This document shows positions 1-9,970 of a stretch of 64,000 nucleotides of DNA, piece by piece (position 1 is the stretch's first letter; every line of letters starts with the position of its first letter). Origin of the DNA: a virus (Duplodnaviria; Caudoviricetes); IMG/VR virus record IMGVR_UViG_3300020336_000481, positions 83,341 to 147,340 of that record; one strand, written 5' to 3'. Position numbers and translations under genes: made by a program. The notes under the pieces are model-generated. The model had not been told where the DNA came from, did not search any database, and was given only the letters and a program-made list of their open reading frames with translations.

Positions 1-1665
1 GGTGTAAGTAGATTTGTAATTATTAATCCGCAAACTACAAACGTAATTACTTCAGATGACGGAGGAGCAAGTTGGATATTAAGGTCAGGTGCATTACCAA
101 GCACAGGACATGCACATATTACTTACGGCCAAGGACGTTTTGTTGCAGTAAAAGATAATGCATCAGCGGCTACAGATACATGCTGGAGTACAGATGGTGT
201 TACTTGGACTCAAGGTGCATCACTTCCAACAGGTAACTCCTATAAAGATTTAGCTTATGGTAATAACTTGTTTATTGCAATAAGTAGCACAAACAATAAA
301 GCAGCAATAAGTAGTGACGGTAAAACTTGGAGAGAAGTTAGTGTTCCAAGTATAGATGGATCGTCAACATCTAACTATACAAGTATTGCTTACGGACACG
401 GTGTATTTGTTGCGGCAGCAGATAACAACGCTACTGTACAAGATTATAACAGTGTAGTTTATACCGAAGACGGTATACACTGGTATACACAAGGAGTAAC
501 AGTAGGTGGCAATATTCAAGGATTTGGCACAATAGCATTTGGTAATCCAAATAGAGTAGGTGGATTTGTTGCTATTGACAATGCAGGTTCTACAAATATA
601 GCTACACTTGCAAAAATTGGTGCAAGAGCAAGAGGTAGAGCAAACATTGCTAGTGAAAAGATATTTGAAATTAAAATGGAAGAACCAGGTTCGGGATACA
701 CAACACCGCCAACTATGACAGTTACAGATCCAAGTAATATTTACGATATTAACTTTACTGTAAGAACAGGTAAAGGTGTAAGTTCTCAACCAAGTTTTGA
801 ACATAGAGGCGCAGGCTTCCTTACTGCTACGGCAACAGTTGATGCAGTAGAGTATAATGGTGGTGCTGACTTCTTCCAAACAGGAAACTTTATTGCAGCA
901 AGACGTTTAACTAAACGACCAGTTGCAGGGTCAAACGTAGTATTTGATAGTTTACCAAATAAAACATTTAAATTAGTTGATGTGATTACGTTCTTAGGTA
1001 CCAACGATGGATCATACACAGGATTTTTACAAATCAGTCCAAACATGACTGTTACAGATGCAGTCGTAGACGGTGATCCAATAACAATGCGTATACGTTA
1101 CTCACAAGTACGTTTAACTGGACATGATTTCTTAGATATTGGTACAGGTAACTTTACTAAATCAAACTATCCTGGTGTTCCTACAGTAGCACCAGACCAA
1201 ACTAAAGAAACACAAGAGTCAAACGGCGGAAGAGTGTTCTTTACTGCAACTGACCAAGATGGTAACTTTAGAGTTGGTAATTTGTTTAGTGTTGAACAAG
1301 CAACTGGTGTTGCGACATTGAATGCTGATGCATTTAATATTGCAGGTCTACAAGAACTTACACTAGGTGAAGTTACACTAGGTGGTAATTCAGCAAGTAT
1401 TACTGAATTTAGTACAGATCCGTTTTTTACAGCAAACTCGGATACTGTTGTACCAACACAAAGAGCTGTAAAAGCATATATTGAAGCACAAATTGGTGGA
1501 GGTGGTGCTTCACTAAATGTTAATAGTGTAACTGCTGGTGATATATTTGTTGGAAGTAATATTATTACCAACGTAACCAGCGGAGTGATAAATATAAACG
1601 CAAGAATGAACTTTATAGGCGGAGTTACAGGCATACCAATTGCTTTTAACTACTTCCTAAGGTAA
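1..1665 (+). CDS. Virion structural/tail fibre protein, 5'-truncated by window edge
   Basis: Frame open from base 1 (GVSRFVII...) into ORF 268-1665; BNR-like S-x-D-G-x-T-W repeats; G/T/S-rich; in fibre cluster. Confidence 0.7.
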   Translation, partial: GVSRFVIINPQTTNVITSDDGGASWILRSGALPSTGHAHITYGQGRFVAVKDNASAATDTCWSTDGVTWTQGASLPTGNSYKDLAYGNNLFIAISSTNNKAAISSDGKTWREVSVPSIDGSSTSNYTSIAYGHGVFVAAADNNATVQDYNSVVYTEDGIHWYTQGVTVGGNIQGFGTIAFGNPNRVGGFVAIDNAGSTNIATLAKIGARARGRANIASEKIFEIKMEEPGSGYTTPPTMTVTDPSNIYDINFTVRTGKGVSSQPSFEHRGAGFLTATATVDAVEYNGGADFFQTGNFIAARRLTKRPVAGSNVVFDSLPNKTFKLVDVITFLGTNDGSYTGFLQISPNMTVTDAVVDGDPITMRIRYSQVRLTGHDFLDIGTGNFTKSNYPGVPTVAPDQTKETQESNGGRVFFTATDQDGNFRVGNLFSVEQATGVATLNADAFNIAGLQELTLGEVTLGGNSASITEFSTDPFFTANSDTVVPTQRAVKAYIEAQIGGGGASLNVNSVTAGDIFVGSNIITNVTSGVININARMNFIGGVTGIPIAFNYFLR

Positions 1666-1686
1666 AAATAAACGGAGAAAAAAGAA

Positions 1687-2007
1687 ATGGCAAATGGAGT
1701 ATTAGGAACAGCAGACCTAACAGCTACAACACTTACAACAGTGTATACAGTACCAGCAAATACTTTTGCAGTAGTAAGTGTAAATGTTTGTAACCGTAGT
1801 TCGGCAGATGTAACAGTAAGAATTGCAACATCAGCAACAGCTACACCCACAAACGCTGAATATATAGAATACGATGTGACCTTAGTAGGTAACGGTGCAG
1901 TTGAAAGAACTGGCGTTGTGTTACAGACAGGACAAAACGTTGTTGTATACGGATCAACCGGAGATATTTCAGCACAAGTTTTTGGCTTAGAAACATCAAC
2001 AGTTTAA
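1687..2007 (+). CDS. Small beta-rich virion structural protein
   Basis: 106 aa T/V/A-rich ORF with upstream GGAG, between fibre genes. Confidence 0.55.
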   Translation: MANGVLGTADLTATTLTTVYTVPANTFAVVSVNVCNRSSADVTVRIATSATATPTNAEYIEYDVTLVGNGAVERTGVVLQTGQNVVVYGSTGDISAQVFGLETSTV

Positions 2008-2017
2008 GGAAAATAAA

Positions 2018-2968
2018 ATGGCACGTAAAGTAACAACAGGAATAGTCGGAGCTCCGATATTAGGTAACTTAAATGTTAGAGGAAATCTTATTACCACAAT
2101 TGGTACTAACGCTAATCTAACAATAAATCCAAACGGAAGTGGTACAACATTGTTTAGTGGGAATGCATCTGTTCAATCTGCTGGTAGTTTAAAACTAAAT
2201 GACTCAGATAATTCAAACTTTATAGGACTTAAGGCTCCAGGAACTTTAAGTGGCGACTATACACTTACATGGCCTAATGGTTACGGAAGTGCTAACTCAT
2301 TTTTGCAAACAGATGGCGCAGGAAACTTGACGTGGGGAACTGCAGCAATATCAATTACAAATGACACAACAACAAACGCAAATCGTTATGTAACTTTTGT
2401 ATCAACTGATAGTGGTAGCTTTACAGGAGTAAATGTAACAAGTAGTAAACTTTTATTTAATCCATCAACTGGTGCATTAACAATTACTGGACCAATAACA
2501 GGTGGAACAGCTGCAAGTGATCAATTAATTTTAAGAAGTACTACTAGTGGATCAAAAGGATATGTATACATTGATGAAACTACAGCAAGTTCGAGTACTA
2601 CATCAGGCGCATTAAGAGTGGGCGGCGGCGTAGGTATTGGCGGAGCATGTTACGTTGGCGGAGCCTTATCAGCACAAAGTTTAACAGAAACATCAAGTAT
2701 AGCACTTAAAGAAAACATTAATCCAATTGAGTCAGCTTTAGAAAAGTTGCAACAACTAACAGGTGTAACATACGATAGAAAAAACGGTAGTACAAAAAAT
2801 GAAGCAGGGTTAATTGCTGAACATGTAAATAACGTTTTACCTAATATTGTTACTAAAGATATGCAGGGAAATCCAGAAGGAATTAATTATACAAAATTAA
2901 CAGCATATTTAGTTGAAGCAGTTAAGACACTCAAGAAGGAATTAGATGATTTAAAAGGGAGAAAGTAA
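2018..2968 (+). CDS. Tail fibre with C-terminal intramolecular chaperone (peptidase S74-like)
   Basis: C-terminal SSIALKENI...GVTY...GLIAE...INYTKLTAYLVEAVK plus coiled coil. Confidence 0.8.
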   Translation: MARKVTTGIVGAPILGNLNVRGNLITTIGTNANLTINPNGSGTTLFSGNASVQSAGSLKLNDSDNSNFIGLKAPGTLSGDYTLTWPNGYGSANSFLQTDGAGNLTWGTAAISITNDTTTNANRYVTFVSTDSGSFTGVNVTSSKLLFNPSTGALTITGPITGGTAASDQLILRSTTSGSKGYVYIDETTASSSTTSGALRVGGGVGIGGACYVGGALSAQSLTETSSIALKENINPIESALEKLQQLTGVTYDRKNGSTKNEAGLIAEHVNNVLPNIVTKDMQGNPEGINYTKLTAYLVEAVKTLKKELDDLKGRK

Positions 2969-2972
2969 TAAA

Positions 2973-3836
2973 ATGGCAACGCTTAAGAATACAGCCATAA
3001 GCGGATCATTAACACTCCCATCAGGCACTACCGCACAAAGACCTGTTAATCCACCAAACGGCGCATTACGTTTTAATACTACCCTTGGATATGCAGAAAT
3101 ATATTTACATGGATTTTGGGGAGACATAGTTTCAGGAACAGATCTTCCAGTAGGTAGAGACTGTGTGTGTTGGTTAGATGCAAATGTACCTGAAAGTAAT
3201 ACAGGATCAGGAACAACTTGGTATGATTTATCAGGTAACAATCATCACGGAACATTAAACTCTATTACAAGAACAACAAATGGCAGTTTAAGTACAAATA
3301 ATCAAAATGTAATGCAGTGCAACGCTAGTAGTAGTAGCTACATTAATGTTGTACATGGCGGACTAGATTTGCGTACAGTTAATACAGGTTATACAGTTAT
3401 GCATGTTACACGTTATAGCGGTGGATCTAGAGGAAGAACATGGAATGCAGCTTCAAACAATTGGCTCTTAGGCCATTGGAGTTCAGGGGCTACAAATCAC
3501 TACGCAGAAGGATGGGTGTATGGCTCCTCAGGTGGCGGCCAAGTTGTTAATGACGAAAATTGGCGATGTTATGCGGCCACTGGTAAAATAGATAGAGATC
3601 ATTATTCTTTTTGGATAGACGGACAAAGAGTAGCGTTTGAAGATACAGGCGGATCAAATGGTCCTAACAGTTTTAGATTTGGCACTTATACTAATTTTGG
3701 TGAAGTTTCAAATGCTCAAACTGCATTGTTTATGGCTTGGAACAGAGCACTATCAAGTGACGAAGTAAAACAAACACAAAATGCAATTCAAACTAGATTT
3801 GGACTTACACACAATCAGGTTTACTCTCAAGGATAA
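2973..3836 (+). CDS. Adhesin/fibre protein with ConA/LamG-like domain
   Basis: N-terminal LPSGTTAQRP..GALRFNT; WLDA..GTTWYDLSGN and WNRALSSDEV LamG-like signatures. Confidence 0.65.
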   Translation: MATLKNTAISGSLTLPSGTTAQRPVNPPNGALRFNTTLGYAEIYLHGFWGDIVSGTDLPVGRDCVCWLDANVPESNTGSGTTWYDLSGNNHHGTLNSITRTTNGSLSTNNQNVMQCNASSSSYINVVHGGLDLRTVNTGYTVMHVTRYSGGSRGRTWNAASNNWLLGHWSSGATNHYAEGWVYGSSGGGQVVNDENWRCYAATGKIDRDHYSFWIDGQRVAFEDTGGSNGPNSFRFGTYTNFGEVSNAQTALFMAWNRALSSDEVKQTQNAIQTRFGLTHNQVYSQG

Positions 3837-3862
3837 ATATGGTAGTTAGGGAAACAACATAA

Positions 3863-5767
3863 ATGGCAAGACTTAATAGCACAACAATTAATGATACAGG
3901 TTACCTATCTATCCCTGTAGGAACAGAAGCACAACGAATAGCAACAGTTTCAGGCACTACTGTATTTTTTACAAGTGCAGGTAATACTTCTTGGACTGTT
4001 CCTGCTAACGTTTACAACGTAGAAGTTTTAGTTGTAGGCGGTGGTGGAGGTGGTGGTTCAGACATGGGTGGCGGTGGAGGCGGCGGTGGAGTCGTTTATG
4101 ACGGTACCTATGGCGTTACTCCTGGAGCCTCAATAAGTATTACAGTTGCTAGTGGCGGATCAGGTGGTCCAGCAGGAGCTAACCAATCACGTGGTAGTAA
4201 CGGTGGAAACTCAGTTTTTGGAAATATCACAGCATATGGCGGTGGTGGAGGTGCTAGTAGACATTCATCAAACGGAGCACCGGCAAGTGACGGCGCAAGT
4301 GGTGGAGGCGGATCAGGCGGTAGAGGTAGCGGTACAACAAGTTACGGCGGTACTCCAGGTAAAGCAATTTATGACCAAGGTTATGAAGGTTCTCCATCAG
4401 GAACTACTTGGTATCCAGGCGGTGGCGGCGGTGCCGGCGGCGTAGGAAGACATTCACCAGGTGATGGCGGTCAAGGTGTTGTAAATAATATTACAGGATC
4501 AGACATATTCTGGGGTGGCGGTGGAGGCGGCTCTGGATATAGTGCTAGAGGCGGCAACGGCGGTATTGGTGGAGGCGGCGGTGGCGCCGTTCTCACTACA
4601 TATGGTGGTATTGGTTACAATAATGGAGCCGGAGGTGGTGGCGGTGGTATAAACACTTGGGCACAAACTCCAGGCGGTGCCGGAGGTGCAAACACTGGTG
4701 GCGGTGGAGGTGGTGGAGCACACTACAACTCCAACAACGCTGGTGGTACTGGCGGATCAGGTATTGTTGTTGTAAAATATAACACAACTTCACAAGATGC
4801 TAATCCAGTTACTGGCGGAATACGTATTAATAGCGATAATCAAGAAGTTGAAGTTCTTTCAGGTACAGGAGATTGGCAAACACTTACAACTCCTTATAAA
4901 GCAAGACAAGTTATTACAACATCTTATATGATGGGCGGATATAAAAGTTCAGCTGCATGGAACAATGTTAATAGGACATCTCATGCAACAGACACTACAC
5001 AAAATTTAGGTGACGGATCTTTAGAACGTTCATTTAATTATCAATCTGGTGCAACTGGCAAAGATATTGGTTACGTATTTGGAGCAGGTAATGGTCATGC
5101 TATACCTAGTAACTATATTATAGGTTATAACATGCGTACAGAATCTCAATATACAGGTATGCAATCAAGAACATTATCAGGTAATAGTTATAATTCAGGA
5201 ACTATACAAAAAGAATTTTATATGGCTTGGCACTCCGGCGGACAAAGTAGTAATACTGTACACAAATATAATTTAATGAATGAAGTTATGGTTACTGAAA
5301 CTGCTGGATTTTACACAGGCAACACATGGGGAATGTATTGGGAAAATGAAGGATCACTATATTGGGAAAATGATTCACGTTTAATGAATTTTTCAACAGG
5401 TGCATGGACATCATGGAGCGGTACACAACCTAGTAATCATCACCAACAAAAATCTTTAATGGGGAAATTAAACTTTTGTTGGGCAGGTAATCAAGGTTCT
5501 TATAACGGTGGTAATAGCTTCCGTAGAACAAGTTTTGTTACAAGGCAAACTTCTGGTACATATAGCAAGCCTCGAGCAAACTGTGGAGAAGAAAATTTTG
5601 CATGTGGTCAAGATTGGGGTTACATGATAGGTAATTATGATGGTGCTCAAAACAATGGATCATTTAAATGGTATTACTATACGGAAACAGGTGTTAACGG
5701 AGGCACAACTATGGAGCCAAAAGGTAAGGCAGGAGCAAGTTCAGGCTTCTGTACATGGAGAGATTAA
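3863..5767 (+). CDS. Glycine-rich adhesin with probable C-terminal beta-propeller
   Basis: EVLVVGGGGGG...GGSGIVVVKY glycine-rich domain; C-terminal domain paralogous to 5768-6793. Confidence 0.65.
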   Translation: MARLNSTTINDTGYLSIPVGTEAQRIATVSGTTVFFTSAGNTSWTVPANVYNVEVLVVGGGGGGGSDMGGGGGGGGVVYDGTYGVTPGASISITVASGGSGGPAGANQSRGSNGGNSVFGNITAYGGGGGASRHSSNGAPASDGASGGGGSGGRGSGTTSYGGTPGKAIYDQGYEGSPSGTTWYPGGGGGAGGVGRHSPGDGGQGVVNNITGSDIFWGGGGGGSGYSARGGNGGIGGGGGGAVLTTYGGIGYNNGAGGGGGGINTWAQTPGGAGGANTGGGGGGGAHYNSNNAGGTGGSGIVVVKYNTTSQDANPVTGGIRINSDNQEVEVLSGTGDWQTLTTPYKARQVITTSYMMGGYKSSAAWNNVNRTSHATDTTQNLGDGSLERSFNYQSGATGKDIGYVFGAGNGHAIPSNYIIGYNMRTESQYTGMQSRTLSGNSYNSGTIQKEFYMAWHSGGQSSNTVHKYNLMNEVMVTETAGFYTGNTWGMYWENEGSLYWENDSRLMNFSTGAWTSWSGTQPSNHHQQKSLMGKLNFCWAGNQGSYNGGNSFRRTSFVTRQTSGTYSKPRANCGEENFACGQDWGYMIGNYDGAQNNGSFKWYYYTETGVNGGTTMEPKGKAGASSGFCTWRD

Positions 5768-6793
5768 ATGGCTAATTTAAAAAATACCAATATTAATGAT
5801 ACAGGACATTTAAATTTACCAGCTGGCAATGTTACAGGTAACGGCGTAATTAGATATAGTGCAACAGAAGGTAAGTTACAAGTTTTTAATACTCAAACTG
5901 CAGGCGGAACTTGGGGTGATGCAACTCAACCATATTTAACAAGACAAATTATTACCACAGGTTATATTCACGGAGGGTATGCTTCGTCAGTTGTTTGGTC
6001 AAGAACAAACAAAAGTGAATTTGCTACAGACACAACAATAGATTTAGGTAATACACAGGAAGGTGCTCATAACTATAAAGCAAGTATGTGGGATAACACT
6101 ACAAACTATACGTTTGGAGGACTTGCTAACGCTCACTGTGCTTCTAACAACACAGTAACAGCATATAATATGCGAACTGAAATAAGTTATACATCTGGAT
6201 ACACTAGATCAATGCCTTGGAGTACTAACAATCCTGCATGTTTCCAACATGAACACTATAGAGGATGGTTTACAGGCGGAGGAAGTGCTGCAACATATGA
6301 AATGGATTTTTCTACAGCAACATTATCTAATTTAGGTGTAAATTCAGGTACAAGTGGAGGTAGTTGGGGTATATCACACGAAAAATATAGCATCTATATG
6401 CCTGCTAACCAAGGGTTTATGCATTCAACAAAAAATTATTATTCAAGATCAGGTAGCAATCCACAAGGTGATAAACATCAACACTGCGGACAATTTAAAC
6501 ACGCTTACCACATTGGAGGCCGCGAAAGTAATCCAAGTACTAACTGGCGTGAAACCAATATGCTTACTGATGTAACAGCAGATACTATTGGAGCAAAACC
6601 AGCATACAGCGGTGAAGAAAATTCAATAGTTGGACAAGATTGGTTTTACGGAGTTGGATGGTATCAAGGATCACACGTTAATACTGCTTTCAAATTTGTA
6701 TATGCTACTAGACAATCAACTAGTGGATATTCAAGTTTAGCTGCTAAAGGAGTAAACGGGCAAAGTTCAGCAACGATGTCTTGGAGAGACTAG
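5768..6793 (+). CDS. Adhesin paralog (shared N-module plus probable beta-propeller)
   Basis: MANLKNTNINDTG start, RQIITTGYIHGGY, ends SWRD like the preceding gene (TWRD). Confidence 0.6.
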   Translation: MANLKNTNINDTGHLNLPAGNVTGNGVIRYSATEGKLQVFNTQTAGGTWGDATQPYLTRQIITTGYIHGGYASSVVWSRTNKSEFATDTTIDLGNTQEGAHNYKASMWDNTTNYTFGGLANAHCASNNTVTAYNMRTEISYTSGYTRSMPWSTNNPACFQHEHYRGWFTGGGSAATYEMDFSTATLSNLGVNSGTSGGSWGISHEKYSIYMPANQGFMHSTKNYYSRSGSNPQGDKHQHCGQFKHAYHIGGRESNPSTNWRETNMLTDVTADTIGAKPAYSGEENSIVGQDWFYGVGWYQGSHVNTAFKFVYATRQSTSGYSSLAAKGVNGQSSATMSWRD

Positions 6794-6836
6794 GTATGGT
6801 AAATATTTGCACGTTAAAAACTATAGGAGTTAACAC

Positions 6837-7712
6837 ATGACCAATGACAGACTAGTACAATATCATTCAGAAAAATTCAACAGTCAAATAAATTCTGATG
6901 TAAGTATGCTAAATGACCAAGATAAAGATGTTGTTAGCAGATCAATTAATAAAGAATGGACAAATCCTAAATTTAAATTAAAATGGTTTGTAGGTAATGC
7001 ACAAATTACTCCGTATGCAAAATTTAGACAGTGGTTATTAGAAATTAAATCTAAAGAAGAGTCAATTGAAAATATGGAATATGAGATTGCTAAACATAAT
7101 GTTGAAATTGAAAGATTTAAACGTATTGAAGAAGAGTCGCATGATGAATTAGATAAAAAGATGGCTGGCATTGAAAAATGGAACAGTGAAAGACTTTTTT
7201 ATACATCTAGAAGAAGATTACAAGATTGGTACTTAGAGCGTCAACAACTAATTGATCTTATCAACGAATTTATGGAGTCAGAAGAAGGTACAGTTCCAGA
7301 CGGTTCAGGCAGAACTTGGTGGGATATAATTGACACCGAAGAAGAAGATATATGGGAAAAAGAATATTGGACAAATAGGCTAGGAAAACAAGCAGCAACT
7401 GATATGATTTTTTACGGTAGAATTAACAGTGGTAACATGGATGCTATTTTACAATTACCACCAGAACAACAAGCAGAAACATTATCACTAGCAGTTAACT
7501 TTAGTACTAAGTTACAAAGTTATCAAAATACGTTAGAAAATAAAGCACAAGAAGCAATGAAGATCGGCATAAATACAGATGATAAAGAATTATTATCACC
7601 AAAAGAAATGGCAGAGCAAATCGCATCACAGCCTGACAGAAAAACTGCTCAAAAAGAACTTGGTAATGATAAAAAACAAGGAGATTTATTAGATGAAGTA
7701 TATGATATATGA
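6837..7712 (+). CDS. Hypothetical acidic coiled-coil protein
   Basis: 291 aa ORF; AGGAG RBS; TAAATA at 6800-6805. Confidence 0.6.
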   Translation: MTNDRLVQYHSEKFNSQINSDVSMLNDQDKDVVSRSINKEWTNPKFKLKWFVGNAQITPYAKFRQWLLEIKSKEESIENMEYEIAKHNVEIERFKRIEEESHDELDKKMAGIEKWNSERLFYTSRRRLQDWYLERQQLIDLINEFMESEEGTVPDGSGRTWWDIIDTEEEDIWEKEYWTNRLGKQAATDMIFYGRINSGNMDAILQLPPEQQAETLSLAVNFSTKLQSYQNTLENKAQEAMKIGINTDDKELLSPKEMAEQIASQPDRKTAQKELGNDKKQGDLLDEVYDI

Positions 7713-8238
7713 GACCATTGGTAGCGATGACGTTAGAAATGATCCATCAAAAATTAAAATCATAGATTATTTCTGGCTTTACACCATCTCCGAAGTATCT
7801 GATGATTTCCCACATGAATGGTTAAAAGGTGAAGAAATAACTAGGCAAGTTGCTCATTCTTACTATTTTCCTGGAGCAGTAGAGAACGAAATTAGTATTA
7901 TGCGTAGTACTACTAACCCAGAAGACATGATGGAACCTACAAGTTTAGGTGATAATGACTACGAAAAAGTAAATTATGCACTTACTGTAGACGATAGATT
8001 AAATGCTGTTAATCTTATGAAAGCAACAATGCGTTTACATGCAACACATTACTGTAAAAATGAAGCAGAACGTAATAGATTAATTGCAGCTCTAAATACA
8101 TTATCACAGTTATCTGAAACACAGATGTTTATGGCAACATATTTTGATTGGGACTGTGCATATACGTACAATAAGACTAAAACTAAAGAATTTGATTTTA
8201 GTGTTACTGAGCCCTGGGCAGCTACTCCAATAGAATAA
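7693..8238 (+). CDS. Hypothetical protein
   Basis: 181 aa ORF overlapping upstream gene, GGAG RBS. Confidence 0.55.
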   Translation: MKYMIYETIGSDDVRNDPSKIKIIDYFWLYTISEVSDDFPHEWLKGEEITRQVAHSYYFPGAVENEISIMRSTTNPEDMMEPTSLGDNDYEKVNYALTVDDRLNAVNLMKATMRLHATHYCKNEAERNRLIAALNTLSQLSETQMFMATYFDWDCAYTYNKTKTKEFDFSVTEPWAATPIE

Positions 8239-8245
8239 AAATCAC

Positions 8246-8274
8246 TTGCATTGATATATTACCTGTGCTATAAT
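8246..8274 (+). promoter_or_regulatory. sigma70-like promoter
   Basis: TTGCAT-17 nt-TATAAT with TG extended -10. Confidence 0.6.
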
Positions 8275-8296
8275 AAGTATAGTATAGGAGATACAT

Positions 8297-9970
8297 TTGC
8301 CAAAAAATATTTTTAGTGTTCCGTTAAATCCAAAATTAACGCCTGAGCAATTTATTACATTTTATAACTTTTTATTAGAACATAAAGAGTATATTAGAGA
8401 TGTATATTTTACCTGCAGGATTGCGCCTTTTATGAAAGATGCAATGGGTGATATTTTTGTTAATGATGATGATTACGATCATGCTATTGAACAAGCATTA
8501 GTAATTCAAAACAATCTTGGTATTCCGATAAGTGCAACATTTAATAATATACAGGTCCCTCCTAGCCAAAAAAACTTAGATATTTTTATTAAGAATTTTA
8601 AACCTCTTTATGATAGAGGTATTAAGGTTGCTACAATTCCACACACGCATTGGATGGCAACTGGTCAAATTAAACGTGCTTTTCCAGAACTATATGTAAA
8701 AAATACAATTCTTAGAGATGTTAGAGTTGCTGCAGAAATTGTAAATTTAGCAAAATACGGATTTGATTACATTAACTTAGACAGAGACTTAATGCGTGAC
8801 AGGGATACATTGTTAAGGTTAGTTGAAGCTAAAAAATGGATTAAAGACAATTTAAATAAAGAAGTACATTATAGCTTACTAGCCAATGAAGGATGCAAGG
8901 GCAACTGTCCTATGATGGTTGAACACTTTGAATATAATAATACAAGAGAAGGCAATAGTCCTCAATATTTTAATGAACCTATTAGTAGGGTAAGTTGTCC
9001 TAAGTGGGATGTAGACGATCCTAGTGTACACTTAAAAACAGCAAATATTCCGCCTTGGAGAGAAGATTGGCAAGAGCTGTTAGATGACTTAGGAGTTGAT
9101 GTATTTAAAATGCATGGTCGAGAAGCTGTTAGTAGATTATTTGAAACATTAGATATTATTAAGCGTTGGGCAAATAACGAAGATATATTATTTGATAATT
9201 TTGAAGAATACTTAAATGATAATAATTTAAAAGATAAACCTATTAATGCTTGGCGTAAAAAAATTAAAAACTGTAAGTTTGATTGTTGGGAATGTCATTT
9301 TTGTGATGACATTTATAAAATTAAATCAAAGAATGATCATACAGACTTAGTTAAGCATGTAGCACAAGCTATACTTGATAGCGGAGTTCCTAGTGTAAAT
9401 ATTAAAATACCAGGCTTGACATCTAGAAGAGTACAGACATTATTAAATTTAATTGCTAAAAAAAGTAATCTGTATATGGAACTTGGAAGTGGACTAGGTG
9501 CAACTTTGTGTAGTGTTCTTTACAAAAATAATATAAATGCTATTGCTATTGACAACTGGGAACAAAATATACAACCTGCTAGGAAAGACTTACCTAATTT
9601 ACCAGATAATCAATTTGATATGTTTTATAAAAATGTTCAAGATAGTAAAGGTCCTAATGATGTACAAATAATAAATGAAGATTTATTTTATGTTGATCCT
9701 TCTAAGTATAGTAATGTAGACTTCTGGTTTTATGACGGACCACATGATCAAGAAAGCACTGCAAAAGCTATTATAAGATATGCACCATGTTTAGCAGATC
9801 AATCTGTATTAATATTTGACGATGCTAATTGGCAAGGAGTAGTTGACGGTGCTAGAGAAGGTGTTAATCAAGCAGGTTTAGTGGTTAATTATGAAAAAAT
9901 TGTGTTAGGAGACGAAGAAGACCCTAACGGATGGTGGAACGGTTTGTATATAATGGTGGTAGAAAAATGA
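8297..9970 (+). CDS. U32-peptidase-like (Fe-S) domain fused to class I SAM methyltransferase
   Basis: NEGCKGNC, SCPKW, VDVFKMHGRE (cf. KIEGR); C-terminal MELGSGLG, FYDGPH, LIFDDANW; TTG start with AGGAG. Confidence 0.65.
   Translation: MPKNIFSVPLNPKLTPEQFITFYNFLLEHKEYIRDVYFTCRIAPFMKDAMGDIFVNDDDYDHAIEQALVIQNNLGIPISATFNNIQVPPSQKNLDIFIKNFKPLYDRGIKVATIPHTHWMATGQIKRAFPELYVKNTILRDVRVAAEIVNLAKYGFDYINLDRDLMRDRDTLLRLVEAKKWIKDNLNKEVHYSLLANEGCKGNCPMMVEHFEYNNTREGNSPQYFNEPISRVSCPKWDVDDPSVHLKTANIPPWREDWQELLDDLGVDVFKMHGREAVSRLFETLDIIKRWANNEDILFDNFEEYLNDNNLKDKPINAWRKKIKNCKFDCWECHFCDDIYKIKSKNDHTDLVKHVAQAILDSGVPSVNIKIPGLTSRRVQTLLNLIAKKSNLYMELGSGLGATLCSVLYKNNINAIAIDNWEQNIQPARKDLPNLPDNQFDMFYKNVQDSKGPNDVQIINEDLFYVDPSKYSNVDFWFYDGPHDQESTAKAIIRYAPCLADQSVLIFDDANWQGVVDGAREGVNQAGLVVNYEKIVLGDEEDPNGWWNGLYIMVVEK

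Noticed and set aside
4030-4770. GGT/GGC/GGA-rich stretch as a DNA repeat array or collagen
   Set aside because: Synonymously varied polyglycine coding sequence; no fixed repeat unit or Gly-X-Y period
2973-6793. Diversity-generating retroelement targeting the adhesins
   Set aside because: No reverse transcriptase and no near-identical template/variable repeat pair seen in the window
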